DNA of 58,200 bases from a virus (lineage: Duplodnaviria; Caudoviricetes), in IMG/VR virus record IMGVR_UViG_3300025889_000140, positions 1 to 58,200 of that record; one strand, written 5' to 3'. The position numbers and the translations under genes are program-made. The notes under the pieces were generated by a model that did no database searches, was not told the DNA's origin, and saw only the letters and a list, made by a program, of their open reading frames with translations. Every line of letters starts with the position of its first letter. The stretch's first letter is position 1. This document shows, piece after piece, positions 47,601-54,435 of the stretch.

Positions 47601-48394
47601 GTCCATAGTGTAATATTACCTGGTGTTCCTTGTCCTGTTATAACAGGGCTGTTATCTATCTTAGCCCAAAATACGTTTCCTGCATCATCTTCTGAAATAA
47701 TTGCCCAATCTTGTGGCTCCCAATCTGTGATTCCACTTAAATCTGTTGTTCCTGCAACAGATACAACCCAATACTTTCCTGTATTTCCAGGAATAAGAGA
47801 TATGGCTTGTAAGTCAGGAGTGTTTGTGTCTGCGTCCCATGTTCCTTGAAACTCAAGGCCTGAACCTTGGAAGTTTTGCCAAGTAACATTTCCTGATGCA
47901 TCTGAAACTAAAACTTGTTCATTATTTCCTACTTGGTTATTAGCATCATATATAGGTCCTAAAAGTTTTGTATCTCCTCCTAAGGTTGTAATTCCTGAAA
48001 CTGTTAAGTTTCCTAGTAAACTACTATCTAAACCTACTGTTAAGTTTTGTGCTATACTTAAGCTACCAACACCGCTTCCATTATCCAGATAAACTATTGT
48101 GCCGCTTGGAGCTTGACATGCATCTTTTGCATCAGTGGTGGCAACATCTTGGTAAAACAAAGAATTAACCAGCTTAAAAGACTCCTGGCCAGATGAACTG
48201 GAAGTAAATATAGGGATTCTGTAAGAACAACCATCAAAAGCTTCATCTATAATAAAATTAGCAATATCCCCTAATGTAAAAGTTTTTGTCTGCTTTTCAA
48301 TAGGCGTTGAATTTGCAGCAGTTCCAATTAAATAATCCCCAGACTCAATTGGTAACTGATTAGGGTATGATAAAGTATTACTAATTTTAGCCAT
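44690..48394 (-). CDS. tail fibre/spike with YadA-like head repeats and C-terminal S74 intramolecular chaperone
   Basis: many ~14-aa A(I/L)G repeats; SD.RDK.N...GL..I.KLQPV.FDW..GFIAQEL..Y.RLIPVLVQAIKEL. Confidence 0.88.
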   Translation of the reverse strand: MAKISNTLSYPNQLPIESGDYLIGTAANSTPIEKQTKTFTLGDIANFIIDEAFDGCSYRIPIFTSSSSGQESFKLVNSLFYQDVATTDAKDACQAPSGTIVYLDNGSGVGSLSIAQNLTVGLDSSLLGNLTVSGITTLGGDTKLLGPIYDANNQVGNNEQVLVSDASGNVTWQNFQGSGLEFQGTWDADTNTPDLQAISLIPGNTGKYWVVSVAGTTDLSGITDWEPQDWAIISEDDAGNVFWAKIDNSPVITGQGTPGNITLWTGTREIGDAPIVISPIPGGTSLNFNDTANNSINGGQSNVFGSGNSVLDDFALLGGQSSQLNANHSIGWGSSLTIDGSSVAAFGDNNTVNADYSITAGLSNNNTGVSSAVFGKGNTASAPHTFVAGEGNSATGEYAFVFGNENQATGINSFAGGEQSIASAELSFAFGGQAVASALQSFAIGNSEANAANAFAGGGGSTASGINAFGYGDSVVASGQAGITGGTSTVNAADYSVVVGNTSTTLSTAEHSAVFGKGNSVASPGSIVSGFENVISSGGENSVALGRQNNIGVSGADGAFATGSNNIVNAASSAAIGKKNNAYGKESIVAGQGNEVASGATRSIAMGSDNVVAGGTGAVALGISSQASTNGAIAIGTQAIAQTGTGAVAIGTTPNAQGQDSLALGLAAVTGQTAQNAVAIGNQATATNTDAVAIGINTAASGQYSTALGRTAQATGTGSIAIGSAAVSNGTDSLALIGGTANAEGSIAGGSGSLANSAYSVALGRNNNIVEDQGEGHLALGYQNNVNDIAVADPGDGNFAIGSGNTTSGNVGVLGEGNTLQVLTGGTVKKTLAFGNNIAPTITRNGAIYIGNDLTYDGQNNTINIGGGNYVSFIDETNTETVRVTEISTRFGHVGVYIGSTTAPVSLGQGELLVDSTATIKGLLDLDQPNDSTIAGNNAGNLANLTGGYNTVFGKNSLSLATTASRNTSIGFESLLNSNANNNVAIGYQTSINNVTGSFNVSIGNEANANAAVQNSSVAIGYHAQKNGNPGNNNVAIGREALRENGAASNTAVGRGSLLVNMTGAENTAVGYLSLESNTTGRWNTALGSNAGSNITYGDNNIVIGRNAQASSATVYNEITLGNSSITALRCQVQTISALSDGRDKTNVQPSPYGLDLISKLQPVTFDWNMRDGAKVGQKDLGFIAQELQKVDDENLQLVYDNNPERLEASYGRLIPVLVQAIKELKAEIDLLKS

Positions 48395-48397
48395 GTT

Positions 48398-48631
48398 CTA
48401 TTCTTTTTTCTCGGTGACTTCTCCAGTTTGTAAATTTATAACTGACTCTTCACCATATTTTTTTATTAGTTCTTTTTCTAGTTCGACAAACTTACTTTTG
48501 ATTTGTTTTATGTTGCCGATAATATTTTCTTTCTGAAGCTCTAAGTCTCCTAGTGAAATTTTAGATTGCGTAAAAGAATTATTTAGTTCTTGTAAATTAC
48601 CTAATTCTTCTGATGTTAATTGTTTTGACAT
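48398..48631 (-). CDS. small coiled-coil protein
   Basis: 77 aa, KYG...INLQTGE. Confidence 0.7.
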   Translation of the reverse strand: MSKQLTSEELGNLQELNNSFTQSKISLGDLELQKENIIGNIKQIKSKFVELEKELIKKYGEESVINLQTGEVTEKKE

Positions 48632-48654
48632 AATTTTAAATTTAATTTATTTTA

Positions 48655-48662
48655 CAAAGATA
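48655..48662 (-). promoter_or_regulatory. -7 promoter element TATCTTTG
   Basis: intergenic; same 22-nt context as at 26052-26073. Confidence 0.55.
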
Positions 48663-48668
48663 TGAATT

Positions 48669-49064
48669 TTATTCTTGATTGTTTTTTCTGTTTTTCTCCC
48701 AGCTGCGACCTACAAAATATGCGCCATATACAGTAACTAAAAGGGTTTGGAATATTGGAATATATGCTTCAGCTATTTTAAATTCACCAATATTTCCATC
48801 AGTAAAGCATAATGCTGTAAATATAACTGTAAGATATATGACAACCATAGGTCTTATGTTTTTAGAAAGCCAACTATCTGATTGCATATCATACTTCCAG
48901 CGTTCTGTTACCTGCTGCTGAGCTTCTTTATCTGCTTGCTCTAATATCTCTTGAATTTTTTGTTTGGCGGCTAGTCTTTCTTCGTCTGTAGTTACTAAAT
49001 CATCAATAACACTTCCGACTTGTTTTATAACACCACCTGTTAGCCATTGTATAATTTTTTTCAT
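48669..49064 (-). CDS. holin (3TM GTA-type family)
   Basis: RWKYDMQSDSWLSKNIRP plus two hydrophobic helices, YFVGRSWEK; adjacent to amidase. Confidence 0.75.
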   Translation of the reverse strand: MKKIIQWLTGGVIKQVGSVIDDLVTTDEERLAAKQKIQEILEQADKEAQQQVTERWKYDMQSDSWLSKNIRPMVVIYLTVIFTALCFTDGNIGEFKIAEAYIPIFQTLLVTVYGAYFVGRSWEKNRKNNQE

Positions 49065-49471
49065 AATCCTTTGTATTCATTAGTTGCGTCAAAGCTTGGA
49101 CAAGCTTTGGTTGAAAAATCCCTATGCCCATGTATAGAGGCTTCAGGAAATATGTTCTTTAATAATCTTAACAATAAAAGAAAGCTAGCTATCTGTGCAC
49201 TTGTTCTATTATCTTCTGGACACATATCTTTATCTACCCCACCAGCATAACAAATGCCAATTGAGTTTTTATTGTATCCTTTTGTGTGAGCTCCTGATTT
49301 TTCTAATGGTCTACCAAGTTGTATATGACCATCTCTCTTAATAAAAAAATGGTAGCCAATTCCTGACCACCCTCTTTGTTTGTGCCATTCATCTACTCTA
49401 TCAGCATCAACGTCCATATCAGGTGGAGTTGCTGAGCAGTGAATAATAATTTTATTTATTTTTCTTTTCAT
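49061..49471 (-). CDS. endolysin, N-acetylmuramoyl-L-alanine amidase (T7 lysozyme-like)
   Basis: IIIHCSAT, IGYH, GAHTKGYN, IGICYAGG, HGHRDF..KACPSF. Confidence 0.92.
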   Translation of the reverse strand: MKRKINKIIIHCSATPPDMDVDADRVDEWHKQRGWSGIGYHFFIKRDGHIQLGRPLEKSGAHTKGYNKNSIGICYAGGVDKDMCPEDNRTSAQIASFLLLLRLLKNIFPEASIHGHRDFSTKACPSFDATNEYKGL

Positions 49472-49613
49472 TATAATTAATCCATATTCTTTGAGCTGTA
49501 TATACTATAGAAGCTACTAATAGAATTAATTTTAATACCATCTCTACTTGAGTCATTGAAACAGCAAGGCTAAAAAAATTGATTGCATATATTTTAAAAT
49601 CTTGCAAATTCAT
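49452..49613 (-). CDS. small membrane protein (holin-like, 53 aa)
   Basis: MNLQDFKIYAINFFSLAVSMTQVEMVLKLILLVASIVYTAQRIWINYNEKKNK*; upstream of endolysin. Confidence 0.6.
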   Translation of the reverse strand: MNLQDFKIYAINFFSLAVSMTQVEMVLKLILLVASIVYTAQRIWINYNEKKNK

Positions 49614-49677
49614 TATTCTTTAACAATTGTATACTCTACTTCTAATTCTAAAAGTGAACTATTATTTTGAACATAGT

Positions 49678-49941
49678 CTACCATAATGCTACTATTTCCC
49701 CAGCCGTTGTTCCTGTATTATAAACTTGAACTACGTTCACAGGAAAAAACTGTCCTGCATAACATCCAACAAATATTACATCGTCACCGCCTGCGGTTTG
49801 AACTCTTACGTTACCTGGTAAACCTATGTATAAAGCGCAGCCATTATTTACCCCATCAGGGTTAGATACATTTGGTATCAAATCTGTATCGCTGGGAGTT
49901 ACTACTGCCGCTCTATTAGCTGTTAATTTTGTATATGCCAT
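49678..49941 (-). CDS. head spike base-like protein (RcGTA Rcc01079-like)
   Basis: AAVVTPSD..ALYIG..GNV.V...FPV.V..V..TGTTA..IVALW. Confidence 0.6.
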   Translation of the reverse strand: MAYTKLTANRAAVVTPSDTDLIPNVSNPDGVNNGCALYIGLPGNVRVQTAGGDDVIFVGCYAGQFFPVNVVQVYNTGTTAGEIVALW

Positions 49942-49943
49942 TT

Positions 49944-50099
49944 TTATTTGGTATAAGGGAATTTCCTATTTAAACTGTCTCTGCGCTGTTGGCAGCCACA
50001 AGGTTTCCCTGTTACCTTGCTTACAGTATCAACCACTTTTTTTATTCCAGTGACTGTTGTTACTTTTTCTATTGTATCTCCTAAGCCTCTTGATTTCAT
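49944..50099 (-). CDS. small conserved phage protein (51 aa)
   Basis: MKSRGLGDTIEKVT..TGIK.VV......CGCQQRRDSLNRKFPY. Confidence 0.7.
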   Translation of the reverse strand: MKSRGLGDTIEKVTTVTGIKKVVDTVSKVTGKPCGCQQRRDSLNRKFPYTK

Positions 50100-50239
50100 T
50101 TTTTACAAGTACATAATTTATTTGGGCACTCTTCAATGTTTTTAAAACTTATAGCTTGCATCCATGAGTTCCATGTACACTGAAATTTACACCATACTGA
50201 TTGCATCCACAATCCTAATTTGACAAATAATTTACCCAT
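50096..50239 (-). CDS. small Cys/Trp-rich protein (47 aa)
   Basis: MGKLFVKLGLWMQSVWCKFQCTWNSW...CPNKLCTCKK*; ATGA overlap. Confidence 0.55.
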   Translation of the reverse strand: MGKLFVKLGLWMQSVWCKFQCTWNSWMQAISFKNIEECPNKLCTCKK

Positions 50240-50281
50240 TACTTTTTAAAATTTTTAAAACTTAGTTATAGCACAAAGATA

Positions 50282-50572
50282 CTAATATTTTCCTTTACGA
50301 TTTTTTGGCGAAGATTTCGTTGAACCGCCTTTACCAGCCCATAAATTTTTACATGCCCAATAACGTGCAGTTAGTTTTGATTTGGCTGTTCCGCACTTGT
50401 GACGTGCCTTAAAACTTTTTCGTGCAGCTGCTGAATAATTGTGCCCATAGCCTTTTGCGCCAAAGTGAATTAGCTTTTCTTTTCCACCCTCGCAGGCTTT
50501 AACCATGCGCTTCTTACCTGCCCTATCAGATGGGCGAGGTTTGTTACAAGCCATTTTACTTTTATCTGCCAT
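50282..50572 (-). CDS. small basic conserved phage protein
   Basis: KLIHFG..GY..ARKSFKARHKC..ARYWAC..W. Confidence 0.75.
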   Translation of the reverse strand: MADKSKMACNKPRPSDRAGKKRMVKACEGGKEKLIHFGAKGYGHNYSAAARKSFKARHKCGTAKSKLTARYWACKNLWAGKGGSTKSSPKNRKGKY

Positions 50573-50573
50573 A

Positions 50574-50906
50574 TTATTCGTTTACACAAGCCTCTAGCTC
50601 TTTTACTTTTAATTTAAGCGCATCAACATCGCTTACAACTTTTTCTTGATATTTCTCTAAATATATTAACCTCATGTTTTGTTCTGCATCATCAGGTAAA
50701 GAGCCCAGTTCTCCCCTCGGCCACTTAACTCTAAACTCAGAGTTCATTTCAAGCTCAGATTCCATTCTCATCAGATTTATATTCATCTGTTGAATTTCAG
50801 CAATCAACGTAAAATAAACCGCTGCTATCGACAATAATCCTGCGCAAATAGCAATTATTGTTTTAACATTTACGTTAAACCTTGTATCTTCACTAAGCTC
50901 TGCCAT
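50574..50906 (-). CDS. membrane-anchored coiled-coil protein
   Basis: single TM (IIAICAGLLSIAAVYF) then heptads. Confidence 0.7.
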   Translation of the reverse strand: MAELSEDTRFNVNVKTIIAICAGLLSIAAVYFTLIAEIQQMNINLMRMESELEMNSEFRVKWPRGELGSLPDDAEQNMRLIYLEKYQEKVVSDVDALKLKVKELEACVNE

Positions 50907-50907
50907 G

Positions 50908-51150
50908 CTATGCGTTTCTTACTCTTGCCGCTGATGTATTAGCAACAAATTGTTTTCCTTTTTTACCAGCTTTCTTTTTCTTTCTAGCTGTTGCGGCTAA
51001 TTGTCTTTTTGATAAACTACGAGCTTTAGCTAACGGCAAACATCGGTCTGGATTCTTTTTATCCTTAGAAGTTCCGCATGGTCCTTTTATCTTACCATCA
51101 GTTCCTATTCTAACCCATTTCTCGTCTCGCCATTTTTTAAGCTCACCCAT
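50908..51150 (-). CDS. small basic protein (DUF5872-like)
   Basis: LKKW..EKWV..C....CLP.A..SLS, K-rich tail. Confidence 0.65.
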   Translation of the reverse strand: MGELKKWRDEKWVRIGTDGKIKGPCGTSKDKKNPDRCLPLAKARSLSKRQLAATARKKKKAGKKGKQFVANTSAARVRNA

Positions 51151-51155
51151 TACCT

Positions 51156-51440
51156 TTAGCTTGATGCTCCTTTTATTGCTCCCTTTTTAGCTAATTTCTT
51201 AGCAGCTGCCTTTACCAAAGCTTTAACTCCACCACCAACTGCTCCAGCCGCATAAGTAATAGCTGAATTATCCCCAAGATTTGTTCTTGTTTGTTCTACA
51301 GGAACATTTAGTGTTTTGGCATATTTTTTTATGTTAGACTTTTTCGTTGTACCTCCATTGGTATTATTCTTAAAAACAGGTCTATTAACTAAATTATCAA
51401 CAACAGTGTTTTTGAATCCGTATTTTTCGTAATCTGGCAT
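51156..51440 (-). CDS. small Lys-rich protein
   Basis: 94 aa, KAAAKKLAKKGAIK tail. Confidence 0.6.
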   Translation of the reverse strand: MPDYEKYGFKNTVVDNLVNRPVFKNNTNGGTTKKSNIKKYAKTLNVPVEQTRTNLGDNSAITYAAGAVGGGVKALVKAAAKKLAKKGAIKGASS

Positions 51441-51535
51441 AATTATTTTTTTATAGTTGTTTTATTTTTTCTTTTTATAGCTTGTCTTTGTCTTTGATTT
51501 AACCTTTGACTTAGCTTTAGTTTTTTTTCCGTACA

Positions 51536-51757
51536 CTATAATTTGTTTTGTATGTTTTTCATCCCAGTATTTTTTCTTACTTTCAAAGTGTCAACTTGCT
51601 TGTACCCCCTTTTTTCTTTTCCAAAGACTTTTTGATTGGGTGTTCCACCTGCAGCAAGAATACTACATTTTTCTATTTGTCTTAATTGCTCTGGAGTTGC
51701 TTGTGAAATTTTCATTGCATCTCCTAAGATTTTTTTTGCACATTTTCTATCTGGCAT
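51536..51757 (-). CDS. small basic protein
   Basis: 73-aa ORF with AT-rich leader. Confidence 0.55.
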   Translation of the reverse strand: MPDRKCAKKILGDAMKISQATPEQLRQIEKCSILAAGGTPNQKVFGKEKRGYKQVDTLKVRKNTGMKNIQNKL

Positions 51758-51759
51758 AA

Positions 51760-51921
51760 TTATTTATTTTTAGCTCCCTTAGCGTAATTAGGGTCTTTAC
51801 AATATTTGCTTGCAGCCATATTCGCATACGCAGACGGATATTTATCAAAGGTTCTTTTTGCCCATGATATTCCTGCAGCACAAATTTTATTTCCTTTTCT
51901 TTTAGTTGCTTTTCTTGCCAT
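51760..51921 (-). CDS. small basic protein (53 aa)
   Basis: MARKATKRKGNKICAAGISWAKRTFDKYPSAYANMAASKYCKDPNYAKGAKNK*. Confidence 0.7.
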   Translation of the reverse strand: MARKATKRKGNKICAAGISWAKRTFDKYPSAYANMAASKYCKDPNYAKGAKNK

Positions 51922-52147
51922 CAGTAATAGTTATTTTCTTTTCTCCTGTAGCAACCTCTTTAACTGTTTTAGCGGCATCACCAACATCACTGGCAACTTT
52001 TTTTACTTTTCCTTTAATTTTATCTCTAAGGTCTCTAATGCGTTGTTGCTTACAAGCTTTCAACCTTTCTTTTTCCATTGAGCCTAGCTCACTTCTCTTT
52101 TTACCTGGGTATAGTTCTTCTATACAAGATTTTTTCATTTCTGCCAT
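51902..52147 (-). CDS. small Lys-rich protein
   Basis: 81-aa ORF. Confidence 0.55.
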   Translation of the reverse strand: MAEMKKSCIEELYPGKKRSELGSMEKERLKACKQQRIRDLRDKIKGKVKKVASDVGDAAKTVKEVATGEKKITITDGKKSN

Positions 52148-52180
52148 TAATATGTTTCTTTAATAGTTATTTTGCTTTCC

Positions 52181-52777
52181 TCACGCTGTAACTTCAAATG
52201 CAATTACCATCTCCATTTCACCATCAGTCGAAGCAATATCACCTGTTTCAACTCCTGAAATATTAAAAATATCTCCTGCAGATAAAGTAAACTCTGTTGA
52301 GCTAGTTTTGTATGGATATAATCCGCTATCTGCACTTGTCAAAAGAAGTCCTGAAAAATCTCCAACAAGATTATAATTACTAGCAACTGTTGTATCACCT
52401 GCGTTATTATTCATTTTATAAAGTTTTACTTGCCATGTATTTCCGCCAGTTATAATTGGAGTATCATTAGAAATCCACTTTATAGAAGCTCCTATAATCT
52501 TGCAATCAAAAGGTACAGCATATACAGATGAATGGTCTGCAGAGGGAACTGCTCTTGCTGAAAATTCCAATGTATCCCCAAAAATACCTGCAGCAGAACC
52601 TGTACTTGTAAAAAGGTTTTGAAATACTCCTGTAACTGTAAACTTAGATGTTATAGGAGTTGGTATTAAATCGTCTGGAGATATTTGTATATTCTCTAGA
52701 CCTGTATACCCTACTAGGTAATCAACTTGACTAGTGTCTGTTTTTATTTCAAATTGTGAAAATTTCTTATTTGCCAT
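52181..52777 (-). CDS. putative virion structural protein
   Basis: MANKKFSQF start, beta-rich 198 aa. Confidence 0.6.
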   Translation of the reverse strand: MANKKFSQFEIKTDTSQVDYLVGYTGLENIQISPDDLIPTPITSKFTVTGVFQNLFTSTGSAAGIFGDTLEFSARAVPSADHSSVYAVPFDCKIIGASIKWISNDTPIITGGNTWQVKLYKMNNNAGDTTVASNYNLVGDFSGLLLTSADSGLYPYKTSSTEFTLSAGDIFNISGVETGDIASTDGEMEMVIAFEVTA

Positions 52778-52802
52778 TTTTAATTATTTTATTTTTAAGG
52801 TG

Positions 52803-52961
52803 CTACACGCACATTTCAGGAAACATTCTGCTGTCCCCAATTACTAACTCTTGTTCGCAGAACTCATCAAGCTCTGTAATTATAAAACATATTTCTGGTA
52901 TGTCTTCGTTTCTTTTATCTTGAAATGGTATGCCATTTCCATTACCTATAGCTGTTCCCAT
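52803..52961 (-). CDS. small hypothetical protein (52 aa)
   Basis: MGTAIGNGNGIPF...EMCV*, TAATG-coupled to upstream ORF. Confidence 0.55.
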   Translation of the reverse strand: MGTAIGNGNGIPFQDKRNEDIPEICFIITELDEFCEQELVIGDSRMFPEMCV

Positions 52962-53194
52962 TATGCGTTTCTATCTTTACTTGCTCTACTATGTTCACCA
53001 AAACTTCTCATACCTCTAAGCTTAGTTGCAGCAACAGTTGTTCTGCTTGGACTAGAAGTTTTATTTTTCTTCTTTTCTTTATCCAAGGCCGATTGTAAGC
53101 TTTTAATTTTTGTTATTGCGGCATTTCTAAAGTTGATGCTGTTATTGTCATCTTTAGATTTGTCTTCTTCTTTAGGTTTAGTTTTGTCTGACAT
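52961..53194 (-). CDS. small Lys-rich protein
   Basis: 77 aa, first gene after - strand promoter. Confidence 0.6.
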   Translation of the reverse strand: MSDKTKPKEEDKSKDDNNSINFRNAAITKIKSLQSALDKEKKKNKTSSPSRTTVAATKLRGMRSFGEHSRASKDRNA

Positions 53195-53201
53195 AATTTA
53201 T

Positions 53202-53220
53202 TATCTTTGTTGCAAAGTTA
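53202..53220. promoter_or_regulatory. overlapping divergent -7 elements
   Basis: TATCTTTG (+, 53202-53209) and TAACTTTG (-, 53213-53220) between divergent genes. Confidence 0.65.
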
Positions 53221-53233
53221 CAAAATTTAATTT

Positions 53234-53671
53234 ATGTCTATTCGAGAGTCTGACTACCTAAAATATTGGAGGGTTATTAGATATTTTATAAAAGCTAAGT
53301 ACGGATTATCACAAGCCGATTTAGACATGTTACTCTTTCTTTATTCTGAAGATTACTTCTCTAAAGATAAGTTCGGTGAGTTTGATGAACTACTATCGTG
53401 GGACGTTAATAGATTTGATAGACTACTTAGAGATGGATGGATTGAAGTATTTAGAAAAGGAACAAGAAATAGAAAAGGAATATATCAGTTATCATACAAA
53501 ACTGAAAGAGTTATAAGTGGTATATATAAAAAGTTAGAGGGTAAAGAGATTCCTACCAGTACATCATTTAATCCCATGTTCGCCAAGAACGTGTCATACA
53601 CCGACAAGGTGTATCGAAATTTTATAATTCAAATTAACAAAGAGATTCGTGATGCAAAAAAAGAACTTTGA
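53234..53671 (+). CDS. putative winged-helix protein
   Basis: GLSQADLDMLLFLY...RLLRDGWIEVFR..YQLS.K resembles MarR-like wHTH. Confidence 0.6.
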   Translation: MSIRESDYLKYWRVIRYFIKAKYGLSQADLDMLLFLYSEDYFSKDKFGEFDELLSWDVNRFDRLLRDGWIEVFRKGTRNRKGIYQLSYKTERVISGIYKKLEGKEIPTSTSFNPMFAKNVSYTDKVYRNFIIQINKEIRDAKKEL

Positions 53672-54032
53672 TATTCAATATGTTCTTGATAAACTAAATC
53701 TAACCCTAGAAGAACTAGATGCATTATCAGATACTGGACCTGTTATAGATGTTAAATCATATCTTGCGGAACGTAGAAAATCAAACATACATGGTTATGG
53801 AATGTTTGCTAAGCGTAAAATTTTAAAAGATGATTTTATTGGAATGGCTTCTATTGATAATAAATATAAAACGTATCTAGGTAGATACACTAACCATTCA
53901 GCCAGTCCGAATATAGCTTTTCTATATAATCAATCAAATGATTTATTAGTAAAGGCCCTACGAGACATAGAGGCAGGAGAAGAATTATTTTTAGACTATA
54001 CATCACACTTTCTTAATCCACAGTATTTATAA
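53649..54032 (+). CDS. SET-domain protein (putative lysine methyltransferase)
   Basis: SNIHGYGMFA, RYTNHS..PN, ALRDI.AGEELFLDY canonical SET motifs. Confidence 0.88.
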   Translation: MMQKKNFDIQYVLDKLNLTLEELDALSDTGPVIDVKSYLAERRKSNIHGYGMFAKRKILKDDFIGMASIDNKYKTYLGRYTNHSASPNIAFLYNQSNDLLVKALRDIEAGEELFLDYTSHFLNPQYL

Positions 54033-54284
54033 TACTACAACTACATCTCTTTCTTGAATCACAGTAAACTTTTCGTTTTCTATAATCATTGTGTATCCTT
54101 GACGCTTGTCATAGTAGATAACATCGCCTTTGTTTATAACCTCCACATGAGTACCTGGTTCAACTACTTTTCCTTTGCTGTATCTGAACTGAGACGTGTC
54201 TTCAGAAGATAACAATAATCCTGATGAGGTTTTAACCTCTTCATTGATTACTTCAATTAAAATATTTTTTCCTATTAACTTCAT
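54027..54284 (-). CDS. groES: co-chaperonin GroES
   Basis: KTSSGLLL, G.VV..G, INKGD.IYY, I.E.DV..V. Confidence 0.88.
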   Translation of the reverse strand: MKLIGKNILIEVINEEVKTSSGLLLSSEDTSQFRYSKGKVVEPGTHVEVINKGDVIYYDKRQGYTMIIENEKFTVIQERDVVVVL

Positions 54285-54433
54285 ATACTTGTATATATTA
54301 AAACATCTTCTACATCACACTTATGATGAACACAAGTATAATTGCCAACTATTCCATCTCCGTCAACTCCATAGTCTTCATAACTATGTTCGCCACCCCA
54401 GAGTAAATCTTTATTACATTTAGGACATTTCAT
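54281..54433 (-). CDS. small zinc-finger protein (50 aa)
   Basis: MKCPKC..LLWGGEHSYEDY.....YTCVHHKC; between groEL and groES. Confidence 0.7.
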   Translation of the reverse strand: MKCPKCNKDLLWGGEHSYEDYGVDGDGIVGNYTCVHHKCDVEDVLIYTSI

Positions 54434-54435
54434 AT

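Noticed and set aside
13035-47849. Numerous + strand ORFs opposite structural genes (e.g. 17652-18368, 22992-23459)
   Set aside because: Antisense shadows of long - strand genes, Ser/Phe/Leu-rich and without motifs or leaders.
54221-54245. CTGATGA followed by ggtt/aacc as another hammerhead
   Set aside because: No GAAA or stem III follows; it lies antisense within groES.
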